From Elusimicrobiota bacterium (GTDB taxonomy: Bacteria; Elusimicrobiota; Elusimicrobia; UBA1565; JACRDR01): 64,000 bases of DNA. Under the pieces are notes generated by a model that did no database searches, had not been told where the DNA came from, and worked only from the letters and a program-made list of their open reading frames with translations. The translations under genes and the position numbers were made by a program. Below, in pieces: positions 30,967-39,793 of the stretch. The stretch's first letter is position 1. Every line of letters starts with the position of its first letter. Location: NCBI GenBank assembly GCA_041694815.1, contig JBGFSC010000010.1, positions 64,001-128,000 on the forward strand, written 5' to 3'.

Positions 30967-31981
30967 GATCGAAACGGCATTCTTGACTGGTGCGACCGGT
31001 TTCGTCGGGGCCAATCTCGCTCGAACCCTGATCCGGAAGGGATGGAAGGTTCGGGTGCTGGCGCGCAAGGGCGGCAACAGAAAGAATCTCGAGGGGCTCG
31101 GCTTGGAGCTCGTCGAAGGGGACCTGCTCGACGCGGCATCCCTGGAGGCTGGCTGCCGGGGCGCGCGCGCGGTGTTCCACGTGGCCGCGGATTATCGGAT
31201 ATGGGTGCCGGACCCGCGGGCCCTATACGCCGCCAACGTACAGGGAACCATCAACGTGCTTGAGGCCGCCGGCAAGGCCGGCGTCGAACGCATCGTGCAT
31301 TGCTCCAGCGTCGCGGCCGTCAAGCCCATCGACGGCAAGGTCGCGGACGAAAGCTCCGAATACAGGGACGTCTCGGAAATCATCGGCCCCTATAAACGCT
31401 CCAAGTGGCTGGCCGAGCGGGCCGCCCTCGAGTTGGCCCGCAAGGGCCTTCCGGTAGTCGTGGTCAATCCGGCCGCGCCGATAGGGCCCTACGACATCAA
31501 ACCGACCCCGACAGGCAAGATCGTGACCGATTTCCTCAACCGCCGGATCCCTTCCTACATCGACACCGGCCTCAACGTGGTGCATGTCGCCGACGTCGCC
31601 GAGGGGCACTGCCTGGCCGCGCAAAAGGGCCGCGTCGGGGAGCGCTACATACTTGGTGGAGAGAATCTCACGCTCAAGGCCATGCTCGATCTTCTCGCGG
31701 AAGCCACCGGGCTGAGCGCTCCGCGCTTTAAGACCCCCTACGCCATCGCCCTGGCCTTCGGCGCGCTCGACACCGCGCGCGCTCGGCTTTTTGGCGGCGA
31801 GCCCATGGCCCCCCTCGACGCCGTGCGCATGGCCAGGCACGCCATGTTCTACGATTCGAGCAAGGCCGCCCGGGAGTTGGGCCTGCGCCCGCGCCCGGCG
31901 AAGGAGGCTTTGGCCGACGCCGCTCGATGGTTTAGGGCCAATGGCTATGTCTCGAACCCCGCCCTGGCGGCCTGCGCATGA
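30935..31981 (+). CDS. hpnA: Hopanoid-associated NAD-dependent epimerase/dehydratase
   Basis: TGATGFVG, FHVAADYR, YKRSK, DIKPTPTG. Start uncertain. Confidence 0.9.
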   Translation: MARRIPAEGIEIETAFLTGATGFVGANLARTLIRKGWKVRVLARKGGNRKNLEGLGLELVEGDLLDAASLEAGCRGARAVFHVAADYRIWVPDPRALYAANVQGTINVLEAAGKAGVERIVHCSSVAAVKPIDGKVADESSEYRDVSEIIGPYKRSKWLAERAALELARKGLPVVVVNPAAPIGPYDIKPTPTGKIVTDFLNRRIPSYIDTGLNVVHVADVAEGHCLAAQKGRVGERYILGGENLTLKAMLDLLAEATGLSAPRFKTPYAIALAFGALDTARARLFGGEPMAPLDAVRMARHAMFYDSSKAARELGLRPRPAKEALADAARWFRANGYVSNPALAACA

Positions 31982-32661
31982 TACTGCTCGCCACCGCCAC
32001 CCCCTGGGAGACCGACCCCCTGAAAACCCGCTGGAGGCTGCGCGAGGGCGCGCTCGCCGGATGCTACGAGGGCAGCGTCTCGGGCCACGCCCTCCGCCTT
32101 CTTGAGACCGGCATCGGCGCCGATTCCACCAAAGCCCGCCTCGAACGCCTGCTGGCGGCGGAGGAGCGCTTCAAGCCGGAGCTCGTGATCAGCTCGGGAC
32201 TGGCCGGCGCTCTGCAGCCTGGGCTCAAGGCCGGCGAGCTCGTGGCGGACCTGCGGGAGGCGCCGCTGGAAATCGTTCGCTCCGCCCGCGAGACGGCCGC
32301 GCGCCTCAAGCTCCCGCTGCATCTGGGGGCGTTCTACACCTCCGACCGCGTGCTGGAGCCGGCCTTAAAGCGCGAGGCGGGCAGGCTCAAGCGCGCCTTG
32401 GCCGTCGACATGGAAAGCGCGTCGCTGCGCGCCTGGTCGGCCCAAAGGGGAGCGGCCTTCGTCGGCCTGCGGGCGGTGCTCGACACCGTCGACGGGCGCC
32501 TGCCCAGCGGGGTCCCCGAGAGCGGCGGACTAGCCGCCTTGGCGCGCTACGTGGCCGAGCATGTCGGCGAATTCCCGCTGATGCTGCGCCTATGGCCGGC
32601 CCAGCGGCGCGGGATGGATTCGCTCGGCCGCTTCCTCGAGTCATGGCTGTCGACCTTATGA
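31978..32661 (+). CDS. hpnG: Nucleoside phosphorylase family protein (HpnG-like)
   Basis: TGIG, SSGLAGAL, AVDMES, RAVLD; position within the hopanoid operon. Confidence 0.72.
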   Translation: MILLATATPWETDPLKTRWRLREGALAGCYEGSVSGHALRLLETGIGADSTKARLERLLAAEERFKPELVISSGLAGALQPGLKAGELVADLREAPLEIVRSARETAARLKLPLHLGAFYTSDRVLEPALKREAGRLKRALAVDMESASLRAWSAQRGAAFVGLRAVLDTVDGRLPSGVPESGGLAALARYVAEHVGEFPLMLRLWPAQRRGMDSLGRFLESWLSTL

Positions 32662-33599
32662 CGGACCGACTGGCGCTTTATTTTAAGAGCCGCGGCGCCA
32701 TGGTCGAAGGCGAACTCAAGCGCCTTATGGCGGGCCGCAAAAGCGCGCCGATCCCGTTTTTGCGCTCGGAGCCCGCCACGCTGCGCGAGGCCATGGCCTA
32801 TTCCCTCTTCGCCGGAGGCAAGCGCCTGCGGCCCGTGCTGCTGATGGCCGCCAGCGAATGCTGCGGCCTGGGCGCCCGACGCTGCCTGGAGGCCGCCTGC
32901 GGCATGGAGATGATCCATACCTATTCGCTCATCCACGATGACCTGCCCGCCATGGACGACGACGACCTCCGGCGGGGCAAGCCGACCAATCACAAGGTGT
33001 TTGGCGAGGCGCTCGCGATACTCGCGGGCGACGGGTTGCTCACCAAGGCCTTCGAGCTCGTCGCGCGCAACGCGCGGCGCGTTGCCCTCGGGGCCAAGGA
33101 AACCGCAGATCTCGTCGAGGTCGTCGCCGCCGGGGCCGGCGCGCGCGGCATGGTGGGCGGCCAGGCGGCCGACCTCGAGGCCGAGGGATTGGGAGCGCTG
33201 CGAAACGGCTCGCGGGCGAAGGGGATACGCCTGCTCGAATACATCCATACCCACAAGACCGCCGCCCTAATCACGGCCAGCCTGGAAGCCGGCGCCCTCC
33301 TGGCGCGGGCCGACGCCCCTAGGCGGCGCGCCCTGCGCGAGTACGGCAGGGCCGTGGGCCTGGCCTTCCAAATCGCCGACGACATCCTCGACGTGGTTGG
33401 CGACAAGGAAAAGCTGGGCAAACGCGGCTCCGACGAAGCCAACGCGAAGCTCACCTACGTGCGGCTCTTCGGCGTCGAAGGCTCTAGGCGCAAGGCGGCC
33501 GAGCTCGCGGGCCGCGCGCGGAAGTCTTTGTCGGTGTTCGGCCGCCGCGCGGCGGTCTTGCACGATTTAGCCGACTATATCATCACTCGAGAGAAGTAA
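32658..33599 (+). CDS. ispA: Farnesyl diphosphate synthase
   Basis: GGKRLRP, HDDLPAMDDDDLRRG, GGQ..D, KT, FQIADD. Confidence 0.93.
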   Translation: MTDRLALYFKSRGAMVEGELKRLMAGRKSAPIPFLRSEPATLREAMAYSLFAGGKRLRPVLLMAASECCGLGARRCLEAACGMEMIHTYSLIHDDLPAMDDDDLRRGKPTNHKVFGEALAILAGDGLLTKAFELVARNARRVALGAKETADLVEVVAAGAGARGMVGGQAADLEAEGLGALRNGSRAKGIRLLEYIHTHKTAALITASLEAGALLARADAPRRRALREYGRAVGLAFQIADDILDVVGDKEKLGKRGSDEANAKLTYVRLFGVEGSRRKAAELAGRARKSLSVFGRRAAVLHDLADYIITREK

Positions 33600-33611
33600 C
33601 GGAGAACACAC

Positions 33612-35543
33612 ATGGAACTGCTGCCGAAAATCCAAAATCCTAACGACCTGCGGGGGTTGCCGGTCGAGGCCCTGCCCAGGGTCGCCTCAGAGCTGCGGCA
33701 AATGATCCTCGAGACGGTCTCCCAGATCGGAGGCCATCTCGGATCCTCGCTGGGCGCCTCGGACCTTACCGTGGCCCTCCATTATGTTTTCGATACACCC
33801 AAGGACAGGCTGGTGTGGGACACCGGCCATCAGACCTACGGGCACAAGCTGCTAACCGGCCGTCAAGCCGTCTTCGGCACGATCCGGCAGTTCAAGGGGA
33901 TCTCGGGTTTCCTCCGGCGCGACGAGTCCGAATACGACACCTTCGGGGCCGGCCACGCCTCCACCGCCATCTCGGCGGCCCTCGGCATGGCGGCGGCGCG
34001 GGACGTAAAGGGCGAAAAAAACAAGGTCGTCGCCATCGTGTCGGACGGCTGCATGACCGGCGGGGAGTCCTACGAGGGCCTGCAAAACGCCGGCATGCTG
34101 CAGGCCGACATGCTCGTCGTGCTCAACGACAACCAGATGTTCATCTCGCACCGCGTCGGCGCGCTGGGGACGTTCCTGACGCGCCTGCTCACTCTCGGCG
34201 CGGTCAAGAACGCGGAAAAATCGGTTGAGAAATTCCTGGCGCGCTTTAAATTCTGGGGCGCGGCCGTCCTGCGCGTCGCCAAGCGCGCCAAGGTGCTGCT
34301 GTTCCCGGGAATGCTCTTCGAGGAGATGGGCTTCTCCTACTTCGGCCCCATCGATGGGCACGACGTGACGCAGCTTGTGCGCGTATTCACCCACGTAAAG
34401 GAACTCAAGGGCCCCGTGCTCGTGCACTGCGTGACCAAGAAGGGCAAGGGCTATCCGCTCGCCGAGCAGTTCCCGATCACCTACCACGGCCTGGGCAAAT
34501 TCGACCTGGAGACGGGAAAGCCGGCTCCCGCCGCGCCGGCAGCTATCGCCTACACCAAGGTCTTCGGCAAATCCTTGGTCCGCCTCGCCGAGAAGGATCC
34601 GCGGATCGTAGCCATCACCGCCGCCATGCCCGAGGGAACCGGCACCGACCTCTTCCGAGACCGCTTCCCCAAGCGCTATTTCGACGTCGGCTTGGCGGAG
34701 CAGCACGCGGTGACCTTCGCGGGGGGCCTCGCCTGCGAGGGCCTCAAGCCGGTGGTGGCCATCTACTCCACCTTCCTGCAGCGCGCCTACGACCAGATCG
34801 AGCACGATATCTGCCTCCAGAAACTGCCGGTGGTCTTCTGCCTCGACCGGGCTGGCCTCGTCGGAGAAGATGGCCCCACGCATCACGGCGTATTCGACTT
34901 CGCCTACCTGCGCATGCTGCCGCACATGACCGTGATGGCGCCCTCCGACGAGAACGAGCTCCAGCACATGCTGGCCACCGCCCTGCAGATGGACACCCCG
35001 GCGGCCATCCGCTACCCGCGCGGCAACGCCCTGGGCGTGCCGATGGACCCGGAAGCCGTCCCCCTCCCGGTCGGCCGGGGCGTGCGCCTTAAGCCCGGCA
35101 AGGACGCCACTGTGCTGGCGATCGGCAACCGGGTGCGCCCGGCCCTGGAGGCCGCCGAACTGCTCGAGCGCGACGGATTATCCGTCGGGGTCGTGAACAT
35201 GCGCTTCGTCAAGCCCCTCGACGAGGCCCTGCTCAAGGAAGTCGTCGCCCAGACACCCAAGATCGTCACCGTGGAGGACCATGTCCTTCAGGGAGGCTTC
35301 GGTTCGGCGGTGCTGGAGGCGCTGGCCGCCCCGGGGGCCATCTCGGGCGCGGCCTCCAACGGCGGCGGCTATGGCCGCTACCAAGTGCTGCGGCTCGGGC
35401 TCCCGGACGCCTTCGTCGAGCACGGGGCGCCGGGCAAGCTCTACGACATGGTCGGGCTGTCGGCCGAACGCATCGCCGGGCGCATCGCGGATTGGATGAA
35501 CGTGCGCCGCTCCGACAACAAGGCTCCGGCGGCGGTCTCCTGA
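33612..35543 (+). CDS. dxs: 1-deoxy-D-xylulose-5-phosphate synthase
   Basis: GGHLGSSLG, GAGHAST, YSTFLQRAYDQ, DRAGLVGEDGPTHHG. Confidence 0.97.
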   Translation: MELLPKIQNPNDLRGLPVEALPRVASELRQMILETVSQIGGHLGSSLGASDLTVALHYVFDTPKDRLVWDTGHQTYGHKLLTGRQAVFGTIRQFKGISGFLRRDESEYDTFGAGHASTAISAALGMAAARDVKGEKNKVVAIVSDGCMTGGESYEGLQNAGMLQADMLVVLNDNQMFISHRVGALGTFLTRLLTLGAVKNAEKSVEKFLARFKFWGAAVLRVAKRAKVLLFPGMLFEEMGFSYFGPIDGHDVTQLVRVFTHVKELKGPVLVHCVTKKGKGYPLAEQFPITYHGLGKFDLETGKPAPAAPAAIAYTKVFGKSLVRLAEKDPRIVAITAAMPEGTGTDLFRDRFPKRYFDVGLAEQHAVTFAGGLACEGLKPVVAIYSTFLQRAYDQIEHDICLQKLPVVFCLDRAGLVGEDGPTHHGVFDFAYLRMLPHMTVMAPSDENELQHMLATALQMDTPAAIRYPRGNALGVPMDPEAVPLPVGRGVRLKPGKDATVLAIGNRVRPALEAAELLERDGLSVGVVNMRFVKPLDEALLKEVVAQTPKIVTVEDHVLQGGFGSAVLEALAAPGAISGAASNGGGYGRYQVLRLGLPDAFVEHGAPGKLYDMVGLSAERIAGRIADWMNVRRSDNKAPAAVS

Positions 35544-35547
35544 GCCC

Positions 35548-36531
35548 ATGACGACCACCCTGCCCCGAGAGCTGCAAGTCGACAAGCTGGTGCTGACCAA
35601 GCTCCGTGGATTCTGCGCCGGCGTCGTTCGCGCCATCGACATCGTCGAGCAGGCGCTTAACGCCCTCGGCCGCCCGGTCTACGTGCGCCATGAGATCATC
35701 CACAATCGCTACGTGGTCGACGACCTGCGCGCCAAGGGCGCGGTCTTCGTGGAGGATTTCTCCGAAGTCCCGGAGGGGGCCTGGCTTATCTTCTCGGCCC
35801 ACGGCGTCTCCCCCCAGGTGCGCGAGCAGGCGCGCGCCAAGAAGCTGCGCGTCATCGACGCCACTTGCCCGCTCGTGACCAAGGTGCACCTGGAGGCAAT
35901 CCAATTCGCCAAGCAGGGGTACACGATCATCCTCATCGGCCACGACGATCACGTGGAGACGATCGGAACGATGGGCGAGGCCCCGGAGCATATCCGGGTC
36001 GTGGGGACACGCGAGGAGGCCGAGGCCGTCGAGGTGCCCAATCCCGACAAAGTATCGTATCTGACCCAGACAACCCTGAGCCTCGATGACACCGAGGAGA
36101 TCGTGAACGTGCTCAAGAGGCGCTTCCCGAAGCTCGCGCTGCCCCGCAAGGACGATATCTGCTACGCCACGCAGAACCGCCAGAATGCCGTCAAGGCGAT
36201 CGTGCCCCACATCGACCTATTGCTGGTCCTGGGCGCTCCGAACAGCTCTAATTCCGTGCGCCTGCGCGAGGTGGCCCAAGCCAAGGGTGCTAAGGCACAT
36301 CTAATCGAGCGAGCGACCGACATCCGCAAGGAATGGATGGCGGGAGTCAAGACCCTTGGTCTGACCGCCAGCGCCTCGGCCCCCGAGGTGCTGGTGCAGG
36401 AGGTCGTGGACTTCTGTAAGCGGGAACTCGGCGTGAGGACGGTTGAGGAGTTCGAGACCGTCGAGGAGGACATGAAGTTCTCCCTTCCGTACGAGCTCGA
36501 GCAACTCATCAAGAAGAATTCGCCGCGATGA
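35548..36531 (+). CDS. ispH: 4-hydroxy-3-methylbut-2-enyl diphosphate reductase
   Basis: GFCAGV, SAHGV, DATCP, QTT, ICYATQNRQ, SSNS. Confidence 0.96.
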   Translation: MTTTLPRELQVDKLVLTKLRGFCAGVVRAIDIVEQALNALGRPVYVRHEIIHNRYVVDDLRAKGAVFVEDFSEVPEGAWLIFSAHGVSPQVREQARAKKLRVIDATCPLVTKVHLEAIQFAKQGYTIILIGHDDHVETIGTMGEAPEHIRVVGTREEAEAVEVPNPDKVSYLTQTTLSLDDTEEIVNVLKRRFPKLALPRKDDICYATQNRQNAVKAIVPHIDLLLVLGAPNSSNSVRLREVAQAKGAKAHLIERATDIRKEWMAGVKTLGLTASASAPEVLVQEVVDFCKRELGVRTVEEFETVEEDMKFSLPYELEQLIKKNSPR

Positions 36532-36722
36532 AGGCCGCGCGCTGGCTAGAGCCCCGCTACACCGACCGCTCCGTCTTCGAGAAGGATTTTCCCGGTATCG
36601 ACATCAACGGCCTCCAGGTCTATTGCCCTGGCTGCCGAAACCTGGTGCGCCTGGCCCGCAAATCCCCCAGCGGCAAGATCGCCGGCTGGTGCAAGACCTG
36701 CAACCGGGCCGTCGCCCCATGA
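36528..36722 (+). CDS. Small Zn-ribbon-like protein
   Basis: 64 aa; CPGC and CKTC pairs; ATGA overlaps with both neighbours. Confidence 0.7.
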   Translation: MKAARWLEPRYTDRSVFEKDFPGIDINGLQVYCPGCRNLVRLARKSPSGKIAGWCKTCNRAVAP

Positions 36723-37384
36723 TCGCGGGGCTCAACCAGCAATGCGTCGTCATCGCCCGTCTGGCCGATTTTTGCCGCTACGGCTCGGCCGTCTCCTCCT
36801 ATGAGAGCGACCCCTGGCTCTATATGCGATCGAAGCTCCAGGAAACCGAGGGCCCCTTGCGGGAGCTCAAGCATGCCTCGCTGCTAAGCGCCCGTGAGCG
36901 TTTCCTTAAGCAGCTCGGGGAGGGAGCTCCTAGCGAACAGGCCCTGGGCACGCTCAAGGAGGCCCTCGACCGCTACCTCTCGCGCGGCGACTTCGTGGAC
37001 GCCTGCTTCCATCTGACCCCCGAAAACTTGGCCGACCCCCGGCGCCTGCGCGATGCCACGGCGATGCTCGAAAGCCTCAAGGTCCACTCCCTTTTCGACG
37101 AGGAGGCCAAACCAGAGGAGAAACGGAGCCCGGCCCACCAAAAACTGGTCGGCGAGCTCTACGGCCGGCTGCGGCTCGACGTTTTCGAGCGTGTTCTCTC
37201 GCGCAAGCCAGTCACGCCCCTGCGCAAGAAACGGGTCCTGCGCCGCATGCGTGTGAACGTGGCCGAGTACTGCTCGATCCTGCATTTGCCCTCCTCGCCG
37301 GACGACACCTTCTCCCCTTTCCTATTGTCCAAGGTCGAGGCCCTCGTCGTGGCCTGCCTGAGGCTGCTCAATCGATTCCGTTGA
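36719..37384 (+). CDS. Hypothetical protein (221 aa, helical)
   Basis: ATG 36719 overlaps the previous stop; coding-like codon usage; no motif recognised. Confidence 0.7.
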   Translation: MIAGLNQQCVVIARLADFCRYGSAVSSYESDPWLYMRSKLQETEGPLRELKHASLLSARERFLKQLGEGAPSEQALGTLKEALDRYLSRGDFVDACFHLTPENLADPRRLRDATAMLESLKVHSLFDEEAKPEEKRSPAHQKLVGELYGRLRLDVFERVLSRKPVTPLRKKRVLRRMRVNVAEYCSILHLPSSPDDTFSPFLLSKVEALVVACLRLLNRFR

Positions 37385-37404
37385 ATCGTGGTATAATAAC
37401 GACC

Positions 37405-37677
37405 GTGGAAGCGACGCTCGAGGAAATACCCGCCCTAGAAAGGCCGCCGGAAGAGCAACGAGACCCGGCCAAGCTCAAACAGCGCAAGCCCCCAGAACGC
37501 GGCCTTTGCCGGCGCTGCGGGCTCAATAAGCCGGTCAACCGGCTCATGCTTTGCTATCCCTGCTGGGTCAAAACCGAGCTGGAGGACAAGTCCGGCTGGC
37601 GCGAGGGAATGCCCCACCCGGACTGGTGCCGCTGCGAGGGACTGCCAGAACACGCGCGCCGCAACGACGGCAACTGA
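37405..37677 (+). CDS. Small Cys/His-rich putative Zn-binding protein
   Basis: CRRC, CYPC and HPDWCRC motifs; GTG 7 nt after TGGTATAAT. Confidence 0.65.
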   Translation: MEATLEEIPALERPPEEQRDPAKLKQRKPPERGLCRRCGLNKPVNRLMLCYPCWVKTELEDKSGWREGMPHPDWCRCEGLPEHARRNDGN

Positions 37678-38280
37678 TTGCTGCGAATTCTGGCGAAACT
37701 CTCGGCCGCGGCCGTCCTGGGCACGGCTTTTTTCCTTGGCGGCATCGGTTGGTGGATCGACAGCTCCGACGAGCCGGCACCGGCCGATGCGATCGTGGTG
37801 CTGGCGGGGGGCTACACCAGGCCCATCTACGGCGCCGAGCTCTATCGCAGGGGACTGGCGCCCGAGGTTTGGATCAGTCAGCCCAAACCCAGCCCCGAGA
37901 AGGACGCGGTCCGCGCCCTGGGCGTCCCCTTCCCGCGCGAGGAGGCCGTCAACCGCGCGGTGCTCATCGCCAAGGGCGTACCCCCCTCTAGAATCCGTCT
38001 CTACGGCTTAGACGCCGACAGCACCCTTGACGAGGCCCGCGCGCTCGACCGGGAGCTGCGCTGCGACGGCAAGAAAATCCTCGTCGTGACCTCACGCTAC
38101 CATGTCCGGCGTGCCCGCCTCATCTTCCGACGGGCGCTGCCGCGCTCGGATATCCGCGTGACGGCCTCCCCCTTTGACGATCCGAAAACGCATTGGTGGA
38201 TGGACAAGCATTTCGCGCCGAAGGCAGCGCTCGAGGCAGTCAAGACCGTCTATTATTGGGTCCGCGAACCCTTTATTTAA
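37678..38280 (+). CDS. YdcF/DUF218 family membrane-anchored protein
   Basis: ADAIVVLAGG, STLDEA, VVTSRYHVRRA. Confidence 0.88.
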   Translation: MLRILAKLSAAAVLGTAFFLGGIGWWIDSSDEPAPADAIVVLAGGYTRPIYGAELYRRGLAPEVWISQPKPSPEKDAVRALGVPFPREEAVNRAVLIAKGVPPSRIRLYGLDADSTLDEARALDRELRCDGKKILVVTSRYHVRRARLIFRRALPRSDIRVTASPFDDPKTHWWMDKHFAPKAALEAVKTVYYWVREPFI

Positions 38281-38812
38281 AAACGCGGCTTCGGTAGTAC
38301 GCCAGCTCGGCGATCGATTCCTTGACGTCGCCCATCGCCAGATGGGCGTGGTTCTTCTGCACGGGGAGCGCCTCGTTGGGATACCAGCGAGCCACGAGCT
38401 CCTTGAGGGAGGAGACGTCCACCATGCGGTAATGGAGATACTGATGGATCCGGGGCATGTAACGCGCCAAAAAACGGCGGTCCTGGTGGATGGAATTGCC
38501 GCAAAGCGGCACCGCCTTCTCGGGGCAAAAATTGCGGATCACCTCCAGGGTGGCCGCCTCGGCCTCGGCCATCCGGATCTTCGACTCGCGGACGCGCTGC
38601 GTGAGGCCGGAGGCCCCGTGATGCTCGATGCACCAGGGGTCCATCCGTGCCAGCACCTCCTCGGGCTGGTGCACGGCAATGCAGGGACCCTCGTGCAGGG
38701 TGTTGAGCTCGCCGTCGGTGATGATGGTCGCGATCTCCAGGATGGTGTCTAGCTCGGGATCGAGCCCCGTCATCTCGAGGTCCATCCACACGAGATTGCG
38801 AGAGCTTCTCAC
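38273..38812 (-). CDS. orn: Oligoribonuclease
   Basis: LVWMDLEMTGL, HGASGL, LCGNSIHQDRRFL, H.A..D..ESI.EL. Confidence 0.96.
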   Translation of the reverse strand: MRSSRNLVWMDLEMTGLDPELDTILEIATIITDGELNTLHEGPCIAVHQPEEVLARMDPWCIEHHGASGLTQRVRESKIRMAEAEAATLEVIRNFCPEKAVPLCGNSIHQDRRFLARYMPRIHQYLHYRMVDVSSLKELVARWYPNEALPVQKNHAHLAMGDVKESIAELAYYRSRVFK

Positions 38813-38829
38813 GGCACCAGTCTAACACA

Positions 38830-39645
38830 TTAGGCGGCGCCTATGGCACCGAAGAATTCCAGGAGCAGGGTCGCCGTCTCGCCGGGCGCGTCCAGCGGGA
38901 TATGATGGTAGGCGCCAGGGATTTCCCGGACGCGCGCCCCGGCCCGCCGGGCTATCTCCTCGAGATGCTCGCGCGGCATCAAGGGCGAGAGCTCTCCCCG
39001 AACGGCCAAAATGGGTATCCGGATTTCGGGCAAGAGGGGCCAGACGGGCGTGTAGGCATGTCCTAACAGCCTCCAATCGAATTTCCAGGTCCAACGGCCC
39101 TCGGGGGTTTGGCGGACGCACCGCTCTCCCAGACGCTCGAGCTCGCCGGAGGGCAGAACGGTGCCGCCCGGCTCCAGGCGGAAGCGCCGCAATATCTCCT
39201 CCCGGGACCCGTACGCGGGCTGTGGGCGGTGGCGCGCCCTCGCCAGGTGGCCGATGGACCTTCGCGAGAACTCGCAGAGGAAGTCGAGGCCGGCGACGGC
39301 CTTGAGGCCCGTTGGCGCATGCGCGGCGTAGGCCAGGGCGACCCGCGCGCCGAAGGAATGTCCGACCAAGTAGAACTCGGAGAGGCCTAAGCCCCGCTTG
39401 GCGGCGTCGATATCCTCCAGAAAGCCTTCGAGCCCGTAGGCCCCGTCCGCGGTCCATTCACTGTCGCCGTGGCCCCTGAAATCGAGGGCGATCGGCCTGA
39501 GCCCCTTAAGAAGGGGCGCGGCGGAGTTCCACCAATGCGTGTTCCCCATCATCCCGTGCAGGAGAAGCACGGGGGGGCCTGCCCCTCCCCAATCCTCGAG
39601 ATGGAGGCGCACGCTTCTTCCAGGAACGGTCAAGGAACGGCTCAT
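38830..39645 (-). CDS. Alpha/beta hydrolase
   Basis: LLHG, DFRGHGDS, nucleophile elbow GHSFG, GAYHH. Confidence 0.9.
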   Translation of the reverse strand: MSRSLTVPGRSVRLHLEDWGGAGPPVLLLHGMMGNTHWWNSAAPLLKGLRPIALDFRGHGDSEWTADGAYGLEGFLEDIDAAKRGLGLSEFYLVGHSFGARVALAYAAHAPTGLKAVAGLDFLCEFSRRSIGHLARARHRPQPAYGSREEILRRFRLEPGGTVLPSGELERLGERCVRQTPEGRWTWKFDWRLLGHAYTPVWPLLPEIRIPILAVRGELSPLMPREHLEEIARRAGARVREIPGAYHHIPLDAPGETATLLLEFFGAIGAA

Positions 39646-39654
39646 GGACGCCCT

Positions 39655-39682
39655 AAAACACAAAACCCACCTTTCGGTGGGT
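39655..39682 (-). terminator. Rho-independent terminator-like hairpin in the hydrolase leader
   Basis: Minus strand reads ACCCACC-GAAA-GGTGGGT followed by TTTGTGTTTT. Confidence 0.65.
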
Positions 39683-39725
39683 CGGTCTGTCCATTTCTCG
39701 TCGACAGTTCGAAATTCGTTAAGTC

Positions 39726-39755
39726 ATTATACCACGAAAAAACATACCGGGTCAA
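39726..39755 (-). promoter_or_regulatory. Sigma70 promoter
   Basis: TTGACC (39755-39750), 18 nt, extended -10 TGgTATAAT (TATAAT at 39731-39726). Confidence 0.75.
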
Positions 39756-39793
39756 GCAAAATATCGGGGGCGTCGAAATGCTATAAATTCCTC

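Noticed and set aside
30935..30975. Possible ATT/ATC start for hpnA after GGAGGG
   Set aside because: An in-frame GTG exists at 30935, so a non-canonical start is not required.
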